The notes under the pieces: model-generated
What the model was told of the DNA's origin: nothing
What the model saw: only the letters and a program-made list of their open reading frames with translations
Database searches by the model: none
Shown: piece by piece, positions 25,261 to 32,000 of the stretch
How positions within the stretch are numbered: the stretch's first letter is position 1
Layout of the letters: the number at the start of each line of letters is the position of its first letter
Assembly (NCBI GenBank): GCA_965228485.1
Contig: OZ245819.1
Span: forward strand, 870,001 to 902,000
Length of the DNA stretch: 32,000 nucleotides
Direction: 5' to 3'
Source of the DNA: Candidatus Saccharimonadota bacterium
GTDB taxonomy: Bacteria > Patescibacteriota > Gracilibacteria > UBA4473
Position numbers and translations under genes: made by a program

Positions 25261-25644
25261 TTACTCAGCTTTGTCAGCGGCTTCGATTTCCTTATCTACT
25301 TTTGTTTTAGAAGCTTCTTTTGCGGCTTCTGCCTTTTGTGCTTCTAGTTCTTTCTTTTGTTTAGGCGTAAGTTTGTCTTTCTTTACATGTTTTCCTTCTC
25401 CTGCTTTGTGAGTTACAGCTACTTTTGTTTCCTCGGCTTTAACTTCTCCCTGCGCAGACCATTTTTTCAAAGTTTTAATAGCTTTTGCTGAAAGCTTCAT
25501 TTTTTCAACCTTTCCAGTTAATGGATTGAACATTTTTTTCGTGAAAAGGTTTGGTTTGAATGTTCTTTTTGTCGCTTTCATAGAGAAAGGACGGTTGTTT
25601 CCTGAAGTTGTACGTTTACCGGTAAGTTGACACTTTCTAGCCAT
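25261..25644 (-). CDS. rpmB: 50S ribosomal protein L28 with a long K/E/A-rich C-terminal extension
   Basis: The N-terminus MARKCQLTGKRTTSGNNRPFSMKATKRTFKPNLFTKKMFNP...KMKLSAKAIKTLKK is the canonical bL28 fold sequence. Residues from about 63 to 127 (AQGEVKAEETK...KQKKELEAQKAEAAKEASKTKVDKEIEAADKAE) are an additional low-complexity tail. Confidence 0.9.
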   Translation of the reverse strand: MARKCQLTGKRTTSGNNRPFSMKATKRTFKPNLFTKKMFNPLTGKVEKMKLSAKAIKTLKKWSAQGEVKAEETKVAVTHKAGEGKHVKKDKLTPKQKKELEAQKAEAAKEASKTKVDKEIEAADKAE

Positions 25645-25690
25645 AATTCTTATATTAAGCCGCGCGATAGTATGAAAAAATTGATGTGAG

Positions 25691-26239
25691 TCAAGTTTTG
25701 TGTGGGTTTATATAGTAACGGTAGTATCCAACAAGGTTGCTGATAAGGAAAAAGCTTTCTAAGGCTACTCCAGCGGGGGTGAAAACAATAATATTAAAGA
25801 AAATCCAGATTGAAGTTCCGAGCATAGTCCAAAGTCTTAGAGATTTATCATTTGGTCGAAATGCTGCGTAGTTAAAAATAAGGTTTGCTAACAAAGCAAC
25901 GAGATCTACTGGTTTTTCGTAGGTTAAAAAAGAAGCCCCAATAACTAGGAGGAAGAAGCCCCACATAAATTTGGGGTTGGTGCTGAATATTGAGGTGGCA
26001 AATCTAAGTGTGGCAATGTAGATCAGGATCGCGCCTGTGTATTCTTTTAAAAGAACAAAGTGTGTTCCGATGAGAATAGTTGAAATTACTAGCCACCACA
26101 GTATATGTTCTCGCTTTTTGCACTGCCATGAAGCTAGATCACAAAAAAGGGCAATTCCAATGAGTAGTTGAGATATCCAAAAAGCATTTAGAGTAAAGGC
26201 TGGTGCTTGAGAAATATAGGACTGAACGATTTCCCCCAT
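25691..26239 (-). CDS. YgjV-like inner membrane protein (about 5-6 TM)
   Basis: 182 aa. The pattern around ISTILIGTHFVLLKEYTGAILIYIATLRF and the C-terminal ...WIFFNIIVFTPAGVALESFFLISNLVGYYRYY parallels E. coli YgjV (SAVIGVHFFLLGTYPAGASAILNAIRTL ... WVIHNFWAGSIGGTMIEGSFLLMNGLNIIRFW). This comes from my recollection of the family, not a search. It lies 35 nt downstream of trpD on the same strand. Confidence 0.5.
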   Translation of the reverse strand: MGEIVQSYISQAPAFTLNAFWISQLLIGIALFCDLASWQCKKREHILWWLVISTILIGTHFVLLKEYTGAILIYIATLRFATSIFSTNPKFMWGFFLLVIGASFLTYEKPVDLVALLANLIFNYAAFRPNDKSLRLWTMLGTSIWIFFNIIVFTPAGVALESFFLISNLVGYYRYYINPHKT

Positions 26240-26274
26240 GTCAGAGATAATCTAGTTTAAAAGTATTAAGCTGT

Positions 26275-27144
26275 CTAGAACCGACTAAAAAACTCTTCGG
26301 CAACTATTTGGTTTATTTTTAGGAAATCTTGATGCGCTTTGGGGGCGGTATCATCAATTAGGGCGTTAAAAATTGTGTTATTTTCTTCTATTTCTCCTCC
26401 TTGGATATCTGAAAAGTCTTTTACACTCTCTATTCCATAATCTTCTGGGAAGAATGCTCCGCTATGAATAGTTTTTCCTTCAATCCCTGTCATCCAAAAT
26501 TTAGTAGCGCCTCCAATCGAAACGTCATCAAGTCCGAAGGCGGTATCATGAACTAAGCAGATATTTTTTTCTAGGTGGGTGCAGACTTCTGCTAATTTTT
26601 CTCCAATTTCTATGTTTGACACTCCCGTTAATTGGGCGGTTAAATTTTCTACGGGATTTAATATTGGCCCTAAGTAATTAAATACCGTTGGATGAGGTAT
26701 CGAGGCCCTGATTGGAGCTAATGGTTTGAGGGATGGGTGAAATGCTGGTGCAAAAATAAAGCTTAAATTAGATTTTTGCAATTGTGTTGCAACCTTATTT
26801 GGGGAATCGCCTATTGGTAATTTTTGTTGAGAGATTAGATCGAAACTTCCCACTCTTCCAGAGGCGGCTTTGTTTCCGTGTTTTGCAATACAAAATTTTT
26901 TTGAAAGCTTGATAGCCAGTGCAGTTGAGAGGTTGATCCTTTTTTTTCCTGAACCGCCAGTTCCGCAAACATCAAATGTTTTTTCACAGGGAGATTTAAC
27001 TTTTATTTTTCGAGCTTCTAGTACTTCTATAAATTCTAAAATATCTTCTACGGTCTCTCCTTTTTTATGGAGTGAAATAAGGATCTCTTTGACCTTTTCT
27101 GGTTGAGATTCAGCATTTTCGAGTACGAATTTTGCCGTATTCAT
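26275..27144 (-). CDS. trpD: anthranilate phosphoribosyltransferase (short form, glycosyltransferase family 3)
   Basis: DVCGTGGSGKKRINLSTALA (the GTGGD/S...N.ST PRPP loop), KHGNKAASGRVGSFDL and FIFAPAFHPSLKPLAPIR are characteristic TrpD segments. At 289 aa it has a shortened N-terminal helical domain. ATGA overlap with trpG. Confidence 0.78.
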   Translation of the reverse strand: MNTAKFVLENAESQPEKVKEILISLHKKGETVEDILEFIEVLEARKIKVKSPCEKTFDVCGTGGSGKKRINLSTALAIKLSKKFCIAKHGNKAASGRVGSFDLISQQKLPIGDSPNKVATQLQKSNLSFIFAPAFHPSLKPLAPIRASIPHPTVFNYLGPILNPVENLTAQLTGVSNIEIGEKLAEVCTHLEKNICLVHDTAFGLDDVSIGGATKFWMTGIEGKTIHSGAFFPEDYGIESVKDFSDIQGGEIEENNTIFNALIDDTAPKAHQDFLKINQIVAEEFFSRF

Positions 27145-27722
27145 GATTTTAAAAAGTTTTCTAACATCTTTATTCCCGTTTTGGTTCCGATTGACTCTGG
27201 GTGAAATTGAACTCCAAAAATACGTTCGTCAGTTTTTTCAAAAGCCATTATAAATTGGTCTTTATCATCGGTTTCTGCTGTTATTTTGAGAGTTTCTGGA
27301 AAAGCTTCGCGATCGACAATCATGGAGTGATATCTCATTCCTTCAAACTGATCTTCAAAATTACTAAATATGCCTGTTTTGGAGAGGACTTTCATATGCC
27401 ATCTTTTCCCATGTTGGGGTATGACTTTTCTTATTTTCCCACCAAAAATTTTTCCAATCATTTGATGACCAAGGCAGACTCCTAAAATTGGAATTTTCCC
27501 ACGAAAGGCATCAAAGAGGTCAATTCCAATTCCAATGTCTTTGGAATTTTCGACCGTCCCTGGTCCAGGTGAGAAAACGAGGAAGTCAGGATTTAATTCT
27601 TGTGCTTCTTGAATAGTGATTTCATCATTCCGCTTTACAATTACCTCTACTCCTAGTTCTTGGAAATACTGAACGAGGTTATAAGTGAATGAGTCGTAGT
27701 TATCGATGAGTAATAGTTTCAT
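27141..27722 (-). CDS. trpG: anthranilate synthase component II (class I glutamine amidotransferase, TrpG/PabA type)
   Basis: LLIDNYDSFTYNLVQYF and the catalytic triad context GVCLGHQ ... FGVQFHPES. 193 aa. Located between trpE and trpD. Confidence 0.9.
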   Translation of the reverse strand: MKLLLIDNYDSFTYNLVQYFQELGVEVIVKRNDEITIQEAQELNPDFLVFSPGPGTVENSKDIGIGIDLFDAFRGKIPILGVCLGHQMIGKIFGGKIRKVIPQHGKRWHMKVLSKTGIFSNFEDQFEGMRYHSMIVDREAFPETLKITAETDDKDQFIMAFEKTDERIFGVQFHPESIGTKTGIKMLENFLKS

Positions 27723-28363
27723 TATGATAGTTTATATTCTGCAATAAGTGGTTTTTCTAATTGGCCATCTTGCCATTTTACCCGACCAAAGTGAATGTTA
27801 TCAAGGTTTAGGTTAATGGAGTTGATTTCTCTTGGCATATTTTTGGGGATTGTCTTTTGTGTCTGTCCTCCATAGGCAAGGGAGATATGGGGTAGATAGT
27901 TTTGGTATCGAAACTCTGGGTGTTGAGAGAATGGGATTTCATTGCAGAGTGTTTCATGAAGTTGTTGGAGTCGGTCTGTTGGGTCGTAGATTTCTGCAAA
28001 TACCACTTCTGGAAATACATTGAGAGCCTTAATCTCTAGCGGTATCTTTCTCATGTCTTTGGTAATATTCTCCAAAGTTTTTTTCATGAAGCTTATATCG
28101 TTTTTTTGAAAGTGAGTGCCAAGTCTTCCTGGTAGAGTGATCGTTAAGTGTAGTTCTGTGGGGGCTAGTAGGAAGCTTTTTTCTAACTCTATTTTTGCAA
28201 AAAAATTCTGAGCTTCTTCGAGGAGTTTTTCACTTACTTCCATTGGAAGTGGAAATTCTATGTAATAGATGAAGTCAATGTCTTTATCCCAGGTTTTTTG
28301 TCCGAAAAGAGCGTGATTTTTGTTCCAGTTTTCTACAAATTTTTGTTTTTGAGTTTCAATCAT
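27722..28363 (-). CDS. 2H-phosphoesterase superfamily protein (LigT / 2',5' RNA ligase-like fold) embedded in the trp operon
   Basis: Two H-x-T/S-x motifs at the expected spacing: H72-L-T74 (ELHLTITLPG) and H159-I-S161 (LPHISLAYG), 87 residues apart in a 213-aa protein. TAATG overlap with the trpG start; 27-nt gap after trpE. Confidence 0.6.
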   Translation of the reverse strand: MIETQKQKFVENWNKNHALFGQKTWDKDIDFIYYIEFPLPMEVSEKLLEEAQNFFAKIELEKSFLLAPTELHLTITLPGRLGTHFQKNDISFMKKTLENITKDMRKIPLEIKALNVFPEVVFAEIYDPTDRLQQLHETLCNEIPFSQHPEFRYQNYLPHISLAYGGQTQKTIPKNMPREINSINLNLDNIHFGRVKWQDGQLEKPLIAEYKLS

Positions 28364-28390
28364 TTTTTGTTTTTTAATGCGCGAGGCATT

Positions 28391-29743
28391 CTATGGTTTT
28401 TCTAAAACGTAGTTAAATATTTTACACAAACTTCGTGCCTTATTGTGTACTTCAAGCCATTCTTTTTTGGCTTCAGAGTCTTGCACTACTCCTGCACCAG
28501 TTCTAAATCTCGCGATTTGATCTTTTACAAAAAAGGATCGAATGGCGATGCAAAACTCCATATCTCCATCTGCTGAAAAGTAGCCAGCGGCTCCACCATA
28601 GAGATTTCTGGGATTAGGTTCTGATTGGTGAATTAGATCTATTGCTCTTAATTTGGGAGCTCCGCTTAGAGTGCCTGCTGGGAAAATAGCTTTGAAAAAG
28701 TCCACGGCATCAAATTCTGGACGGATGGTCCCTTCTATATCTGAGACTAGGTGCATGACATTAGCAAAAAATCGACCATATTTTTCTTTTTTAACGCCGA
28801 TAGACTTTGGTTCACAAATTTTTCCTAAGTCATTTCTTCCAAGATCCACCAGCATATCATGTTCAGCATTTTCTTTTGGGTCATCCCGAAGTTCTTCAAA
28901 ATTTGCCTGATCTTCTGCTTCTGTTTTTCCTCGATATCTAGTTCCAGCAATAGGGCTATAGATAAGTTCTTTTCCTCTTTTTGACCCTAGTATTTCGGGG
29001 CTGGCTCCACAGACCTGTCCATGAGCTCCAAAGTCATAAAAAATTAGATGGGTGGTTGGCTCCAGTTTTCTGAGTACTTCGTAAAAATCTAGTGGATCGC
29101 GTGTTCCAATATCTTTCTTAAACCCATTACTGAGGATAATTTGGAATATTTCTCCATCTAATATTTTTTGCTTAGCCCAGTTTACTCTCTCTGCAAATTC
29201 GTCTTCAGTCTGTTCCGATTCGAAAAGGTCAAAATTGGCGTAATCGTTATTCTTTAATGGTTCAAGATCTATTTTTGATTCTGCGAAAGTTTTTGCTTTG
29301 CTCAGAATATTTTTATTTTCAGTAATAAAAGTTTCTTTTTCTTCTGTGGTTTGAATTGCGAAGATTTTTTTTTCTGCGTGATCAAAAGCAAAAAATCGAG
29401 AGAACTCATAAAAAATAGCATGTGGATAGTCTGACTCTCGTGAAAGTTTTGGTTCAATTTGATTAAAAATTTCAAAGTTAAAATAACCAATAAGACCCCC
29501 AGAGAAAGGAAAACTTTTTGGGAATTTTTTTGTTTTTGCAATACTATTGCGAATTTTCTTGAAAGTGTCTTTTGAACTAACTATTTCTTGAATTGGTACG
29601 GCGGCAATGATAGAAAATTGATTGCTTTCATCAGTCATTGCTGATTCCAGGAGTGCACAGGGTTCTCCAAAAAATTCACGAGCGGCTTTGAGAACCGTTA
29701 TGGGAGAGAGTCCTTCTTCAAAATCAAATACTTCTAAAATCAT
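28391..29743 (-). CDS. trpE: anthranilate synthase component I (chorismate-binding enzyme)
   Basis: N-terminal LLES motif (CALLESAMTDESNQFSIIA). The chorismate-binding core has PIAGTRYRG, HLVSDIEG, GTLSGAPKLRA, YGGAAGYF and GAGVVQDSEAKKEWLEVHNK. Adjacent to trpG and trpD. PabB cannot be formally excluded without phylogeny. Confidence 0.85.
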   Translation of the reverse strand: MILEVFDFEEGLSPITVLKAAREFFGEPCALLESAMTDESNQFSIIAAVPIQEIVSSKDTFKKIRNSIAKTKKFPKSFPFSGGLIGYFNFEIFNQIEPKLSRESDYPHAIFYEFSRFFAFDHAEKKIFAIQTTEEKETFITENKNILSKAKTFAESKIDLEPLKNNDYANFDLFESEQTEDEFAERVNWAKQKILDGEIFQIILSNGFKKDIGTRDPLDFYEVLRKLEPTTHLIFYDFGAHGQVCGASPEILGSKRGKELIYSPIAGTRYRGKTEAEDQANFEELRDDPKENAEHDMLVDLGRNDLGKICEPKSIGVKKEKYGRFFANVMHLVSDIEGTIRPEFDAVDFFKAIFPAGTLSGAPKLRAIDLIHQSEPNPRNLYGGAAGYFSADGDMEFCIAIRSFFVKDQIARFRTGAGVVQDSEAKKEWLEVHNKARSLCKIFNYVLEKP

Positions 29744-30033
29744 TTTTGTTCAATCTCAGGGAAAAATTTAGGAAAAAATTCTCGTCCAACTCCAAATTGT
29801 AATTCGGCACTTCCTCGAGAAATTTGTGAAATGCTTATATTTAATTGTTTTGAAATCTCTCGCTGTGGAGTTTGCTGCATAAGCATTTCTATGAGCTGAT
29901 GTCTATCGCATAAAGTATTACATTCTTTTGGTGTGAAAAAGGCTCTAAAGAAGTTTTCAACGTCTTTTTCATTCTCTAGTTGATGAATTTTTTTGGAGAT
30001 AGTCTTTAGGATCTTGGCTTGGTTTTTTGTCAT
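29740..30033 (-). CDS. trpR: TrpR-family (Trp repressor / YerC-YecD-like) helix-turn-helix protein
   Basis: 97 aa. FFTPKECNTLCDRHQLIEMLMQQTPQREISKQLNISISQISRGSAELQ aligns with E. coli TrpR [50 protein letters not shown]. The TP.E, R..I.E.L, QRE and I..I.RGS..L positions are conserved. ATGA overlap with the trpE start. Confidence 0.75.
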   Translation of the reverse strand: MTKNQAKILKTISKKIHQLENEKDVENFFRAFFTPKECNTLCDRHQLIEMLMQQTPQREISKQLNISISQISRGSAELQFGVGREFFPKFFPEIEQK

Positions 30034-30036
30034 TTT

Positions 30037-30082
30037 GTACCAGTTTACCAGTACAGATTATTTTTTTTAATATTGAAGTCAA
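30037..30082 (-). promoter_or_regulatory. candidate trp promoter/operator: trpO-like site GTACCAGTTTACCAGTAC with upstream -35-like TTGACT
   Basis: Plus-strand TGTACCAGTTTACCAGTAC (30036-30054) matches the classical symmetric E. coli trp operator TGTACTAGTTAACTAGTAC at 16/19 positions. On the minus strand it reads GTACTGGTAAACTGGTAC-aaa-ATG(trpR-like). Its internal TAAACT occupies the position of the E. coli trp -10 TTAACT. A TTGACT lies upstream (rc of 30077-30082). Confidence 0.5.
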
Positions 30083-30137
30083 AAAAATCTGAATAATTGC
30101 ACTTTAGTTTCGCTTTATTATCCTAGAAAAAAGACTT

Positions 30138-30983
30138 ATGAGGTTTATAGATTTATTTGCAGGGATTGGTGGATTTCATATTGCATTTCAAAATGCTGGA
30201 GGAGTTTGTGTTTTTGCTTCTGAATGGGATGAACATGCAAGAAAGACTTATGATTTTAATCATAGAAAAAGATCTCCAGAACTTTTTAAAAATAAAAATT
30301 TTGTAGGTGATATAACCCTTGTAAAACCAAAAGAAATCCCTGATTTTGATGTTTTGTGTGCGGGATTTCCCTGTCAGCCTTTTTCTCAAGCAGGCTTTAA
30401 AAGAGGTTTCAATGAAGTAAGGGGGACTTTGTTTTTTGATATTGTAAATATTCTTAGGGAAAAACGGCCAAAGGCTTTTTTTTTAGAGAATGTGAGAGGG
30501 CTGTTAAAACATGATGAGGGCAAAACTTTTAGCACAATGAAAAGAATCCTTGAAGATGAGTTAGGATATTCTTTTTATTATAAAGTTATAAAAGCTTCAG
30601 ATTTTGGGCTCCCACAGCACAGGCCAAGATTGTTTATGGTAGGGTTTAAAGACCAAAATATAAATTTTGAATTTCCAAAGTCTAAAAAATTAACAATGGA
30701 TATGTCAGATATTTGGGGTGGAAAGTGTCCTAAGAAAATTGGATATACATTAAGAGTCGGGGGAAGAGGCTCAAAAATTGATGATAGAAGAAATTGGGAT
30801 TCCTATCTTGTAGATGGAAAAGTTAAAAGATTGGGGGTTGAGGAGGCCAAAAAAATGCAAGGATTTCCAGAAGACTTTTTATTTCCAGTTTCAGAAACAC
30901 AAGCGATGAAACAACTTGGGAATTCAGTTGCTATTCCTGCAATTGAAGCTGTAGCAGAACAAATTTTTTACCACCTAAATTAA
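30138..30983 (+). CDS. DNA (cytosine-5)-methyltransferase, compact form
   Basis: All canonical m5C motifs occur in order: I FAGIGGF, IV GFPCQPFS, VI ENVRGL, VIII QHRPRLFMVG, a short TRD (TLRVGGRGSKIDDRRNW), IX RLGVEEAKKMQGFPEDF and X QLGNSVAIP. Only 281 aa. Confidence 0.92.
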   Translation: MRFIDLFAGIGGFHIAFQNAGGVCVFASEWDEHARKTYDFNHRKRSPELFKNKNFVGDITLVKPKEIPDFDVLCAGFPCQPFSQAGFKRGFNEVRGTLFFDIVNILREKRPKAFFLENVRGLLKHDEGKTFSTMKRILEDELGYSFYYKVIKASDFGLPQHRPRLFMVGFKDQNINFEFPKSKKLTMDMSDIWGGKCPKKIGYTLRVGGRGSKIDDRRNWDSYLVDGKVKRLGVEEAKKMQGFPEDFLFPVSETQAMKQLGNSVAIPAIEAVAEQIFYHLN

Positions 30984-30988
30984 AATTT

Positions 30989-32000
30989 ATGAAAGCAAAT
31001 AAAGGGGAATGGAGTGAGTTTTATGCTTTTTTAAAAATTCTTGAGGATAAGAAGTTGCTTGCGGCTGATAAAAACCTTGCAATTGTTCCGGGTAAGTTCT
31101 TTATTTTTAAAAAAATCGTAAGAAGTGAAACTAATCAAGATATAAAAATTTTTGATTTGGAAGGCTCTGAAATTTATATTTTGGATTCAAGAGGGGCATT
31201 TTTAAAAAAAATTAACGACACACGGATAAAAGAAAAAACTATTAAAATATTTGAAAGTATAAAAAATGCAAAAACAACAACTTTTAGCGTGCCAGAAGCC
31301 GAGAGCTTGATGGAAGAACTTTTATGTACTCAAGTAAAAGCTGATAGTTCTAAAAAATCTGATATTGATGGAGTAATTTATGATAGAATTTCTAATAAGG
31401 AAGAATTGCTTGGTTTTTCGGTAAAATCAATGGTTGGCGGAGCTTCAACACTATTAAATGCAGGAAAAACAACTAATTTTATTTATGAAATTACAAACTT
31501 AGATTCTTCTAAAATTGATGAAATCAATTCAATAGAAGGAAAATCTAAAATTCAAGATAGATTAAAAAGTATTTTGGAAAATCAAGGAAAGCTAAATTTT
31601 AATAGAGTTTCAAATGAAGCATTTGAAATTAATCTAAGAAAAATTGATACTGTTTTTTCTGTTTTTATAGCGCAGATGTTACAAGATTTTTTCTCAGGGA
31701 AAGCCACTAAAGTTACTGATTTAGTAGATTTATTAGAAAACGATGAAAATTTAAAAAAATCTTTTAGGCTTTCAAAATCTGATTATGAGTACAAAATAAA
31801 AAATTTTCTAGTTTCTATCGCTTTAGGAATGGTTCCAGGTAAAGTTTGGGATGGGTTTACAAAGGCTCATGGTGGTTATATAGTTGTAAAAAATAATGGA
31901 GATGTAGTATGTTATCATTTATATAATAGAGATGAGTTTTTATCGTATTTGTATGAAAATACAAAGTTTGAGAGTGCTAGTAGTTCAAGGCATGGTTATG
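30989..32000 (+). CDS. type II restriction endonuclease, HpaII-family-like (3' end beyond the window)
   Basis: Not in the ORF track because it is open at the right edge. ATG at 30989, 5 nt after the methyltransferase stop, then 337 codons with no stop to the window end. It starts MKANKGEWSEFYAFLKILEDKKLLAADKNL... The NKGEWSE-Y-FLK-L opening matches what I recall of HpaII-family (CCGG) endonucleases. Position next to an m5C methyltransferase supports a restriction-modification pair. The family call is from memory, not a search. Confidence 0.65.
   Translation, partial: MKANKGEWSEFYAFLKILEDKKLLAADKNLAIVPGKFFIFKKIVRSETNQDIKIFDLEGSEIYILDSRGAFLKKINDTRIKEKTIKIFESIKNAKTTTFSVPEAESLMEELLCTQVKADSSKKSDIDGVIYDRISNKEELLGFSVKSMVGGASTLLNAGKTTNFIYEITNLDSSKIDEINSIEGKSKIQDRLKSILENQGKLNFNRVSNEAFEINLRKIDTVFSVFIAQMLQDFFSGKATKVTDLVDLLENDENLKKSFRLSKSDYEYKIKNFLVSIALGMVPGKVWDGFTKAHGGYIVVKNNGDVVCYHLYNRDEFLSYLYENTKFESASSSRHGY

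Noticed and set aside
25172-25411. 79-aa plus-strand ORF across the SpoU start, the terminator and the rpmB 3' end.
   Set aside because: It is antisense to the L28 tail (hence its Ala/Ser/Phe-rich translation) and runs through an intrinsic terminator hairpin. It is not a plausible gene.
30034-30137. Possible transcription-attenuation leader (Trp-codon leader peptide, T-box or TRAP GAG/UAG repeats) upstream of the trp genes.
   Set aside because: There is no small Trp-rich leader ORF, no T-box specifier/antiterminator architecture and no GAG/TAG repeat series. The region instead contains the trpO-like site immediately next to the start codon of the TrpR-family gene.
1-32000. Alternative genetic code (UGA read as Gly or Trp), as seen in some candidate phyla.
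   Set aside because: Long conserved ORFs (uvrB, pheT, RND, OFOR alpha) are uninterrupted under the standard code. Several genes end in TGA with ATGA coupling overlaps (12211-12214, 27141-27144, 29740-29743), so TGA functions as a stop.
1-32000. CRISPR arrays, insertion sequences, integrases, prophage genes or long direct/inverted repeats.
   Set aside because: I saw no regularly spaced repeats, no transposase, integrase or phage-like ORFs, and no long repeats. The only mobile-like element is the restriction-modification pair at the right edge.

Overview
AT-rich, very tightly packed bacterial chromosome segment in the standard genetic code. Many genes have ATGA or TAATG start/stop overlaps, and convergent genes are separated by 0-3 nt. 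There are no rRNA genes, CRISPR arrays or transposases. The compaction, several orphan small proteins and the gene content suggest a small-genome uncultivated lineage (CPR/Patescibacteria-like); this is a low-confidence inference.

Housekeeping genes I recognise:
- lexA (5' part, at the left edge), metG, pheT and uvrB
- rpmB, tRNA-Tyr(GUA) and a SpoU-family RNA methyltransferase
- an RND efflux pair, an MFS-like transporter and a YigZ/IMPACT-domain protein

Regions worth a second look:
1. A bacterial Elp3-type radical-SAM/GNAT enzyme.
2. A minus-strand operon trpR-like, trpE, 2H-phosphoesterase, trpG, trpD with no trpC/F/B/A in the window. It is preceded by an 18-19 bp site that matches the classical E. 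coli trp operator at 16 of 19 positions.
3. A two-subunit 2-oxoacid:acceptor oxidoreductase with a metallophosphoesterase between its subunit genes and two tandem flavodoxin paralogs upstream.
4. An aminoacyl-tRNA synthetase neighbourhood with a stand-alone PheT-N-like tRNA-binding protein carrying a CCGGCC cysteine cluster, a 419-aa orphan, and pheT without pheS.
5. A compact type II restriction-modification pair (m5C methyltransferase plus an HpaII-family-like endonuclease) running off the right edge.

I cannot point to one clearly new multi-gene system. All product calls rest on motifs read by eye from the translations; no database search was possible.
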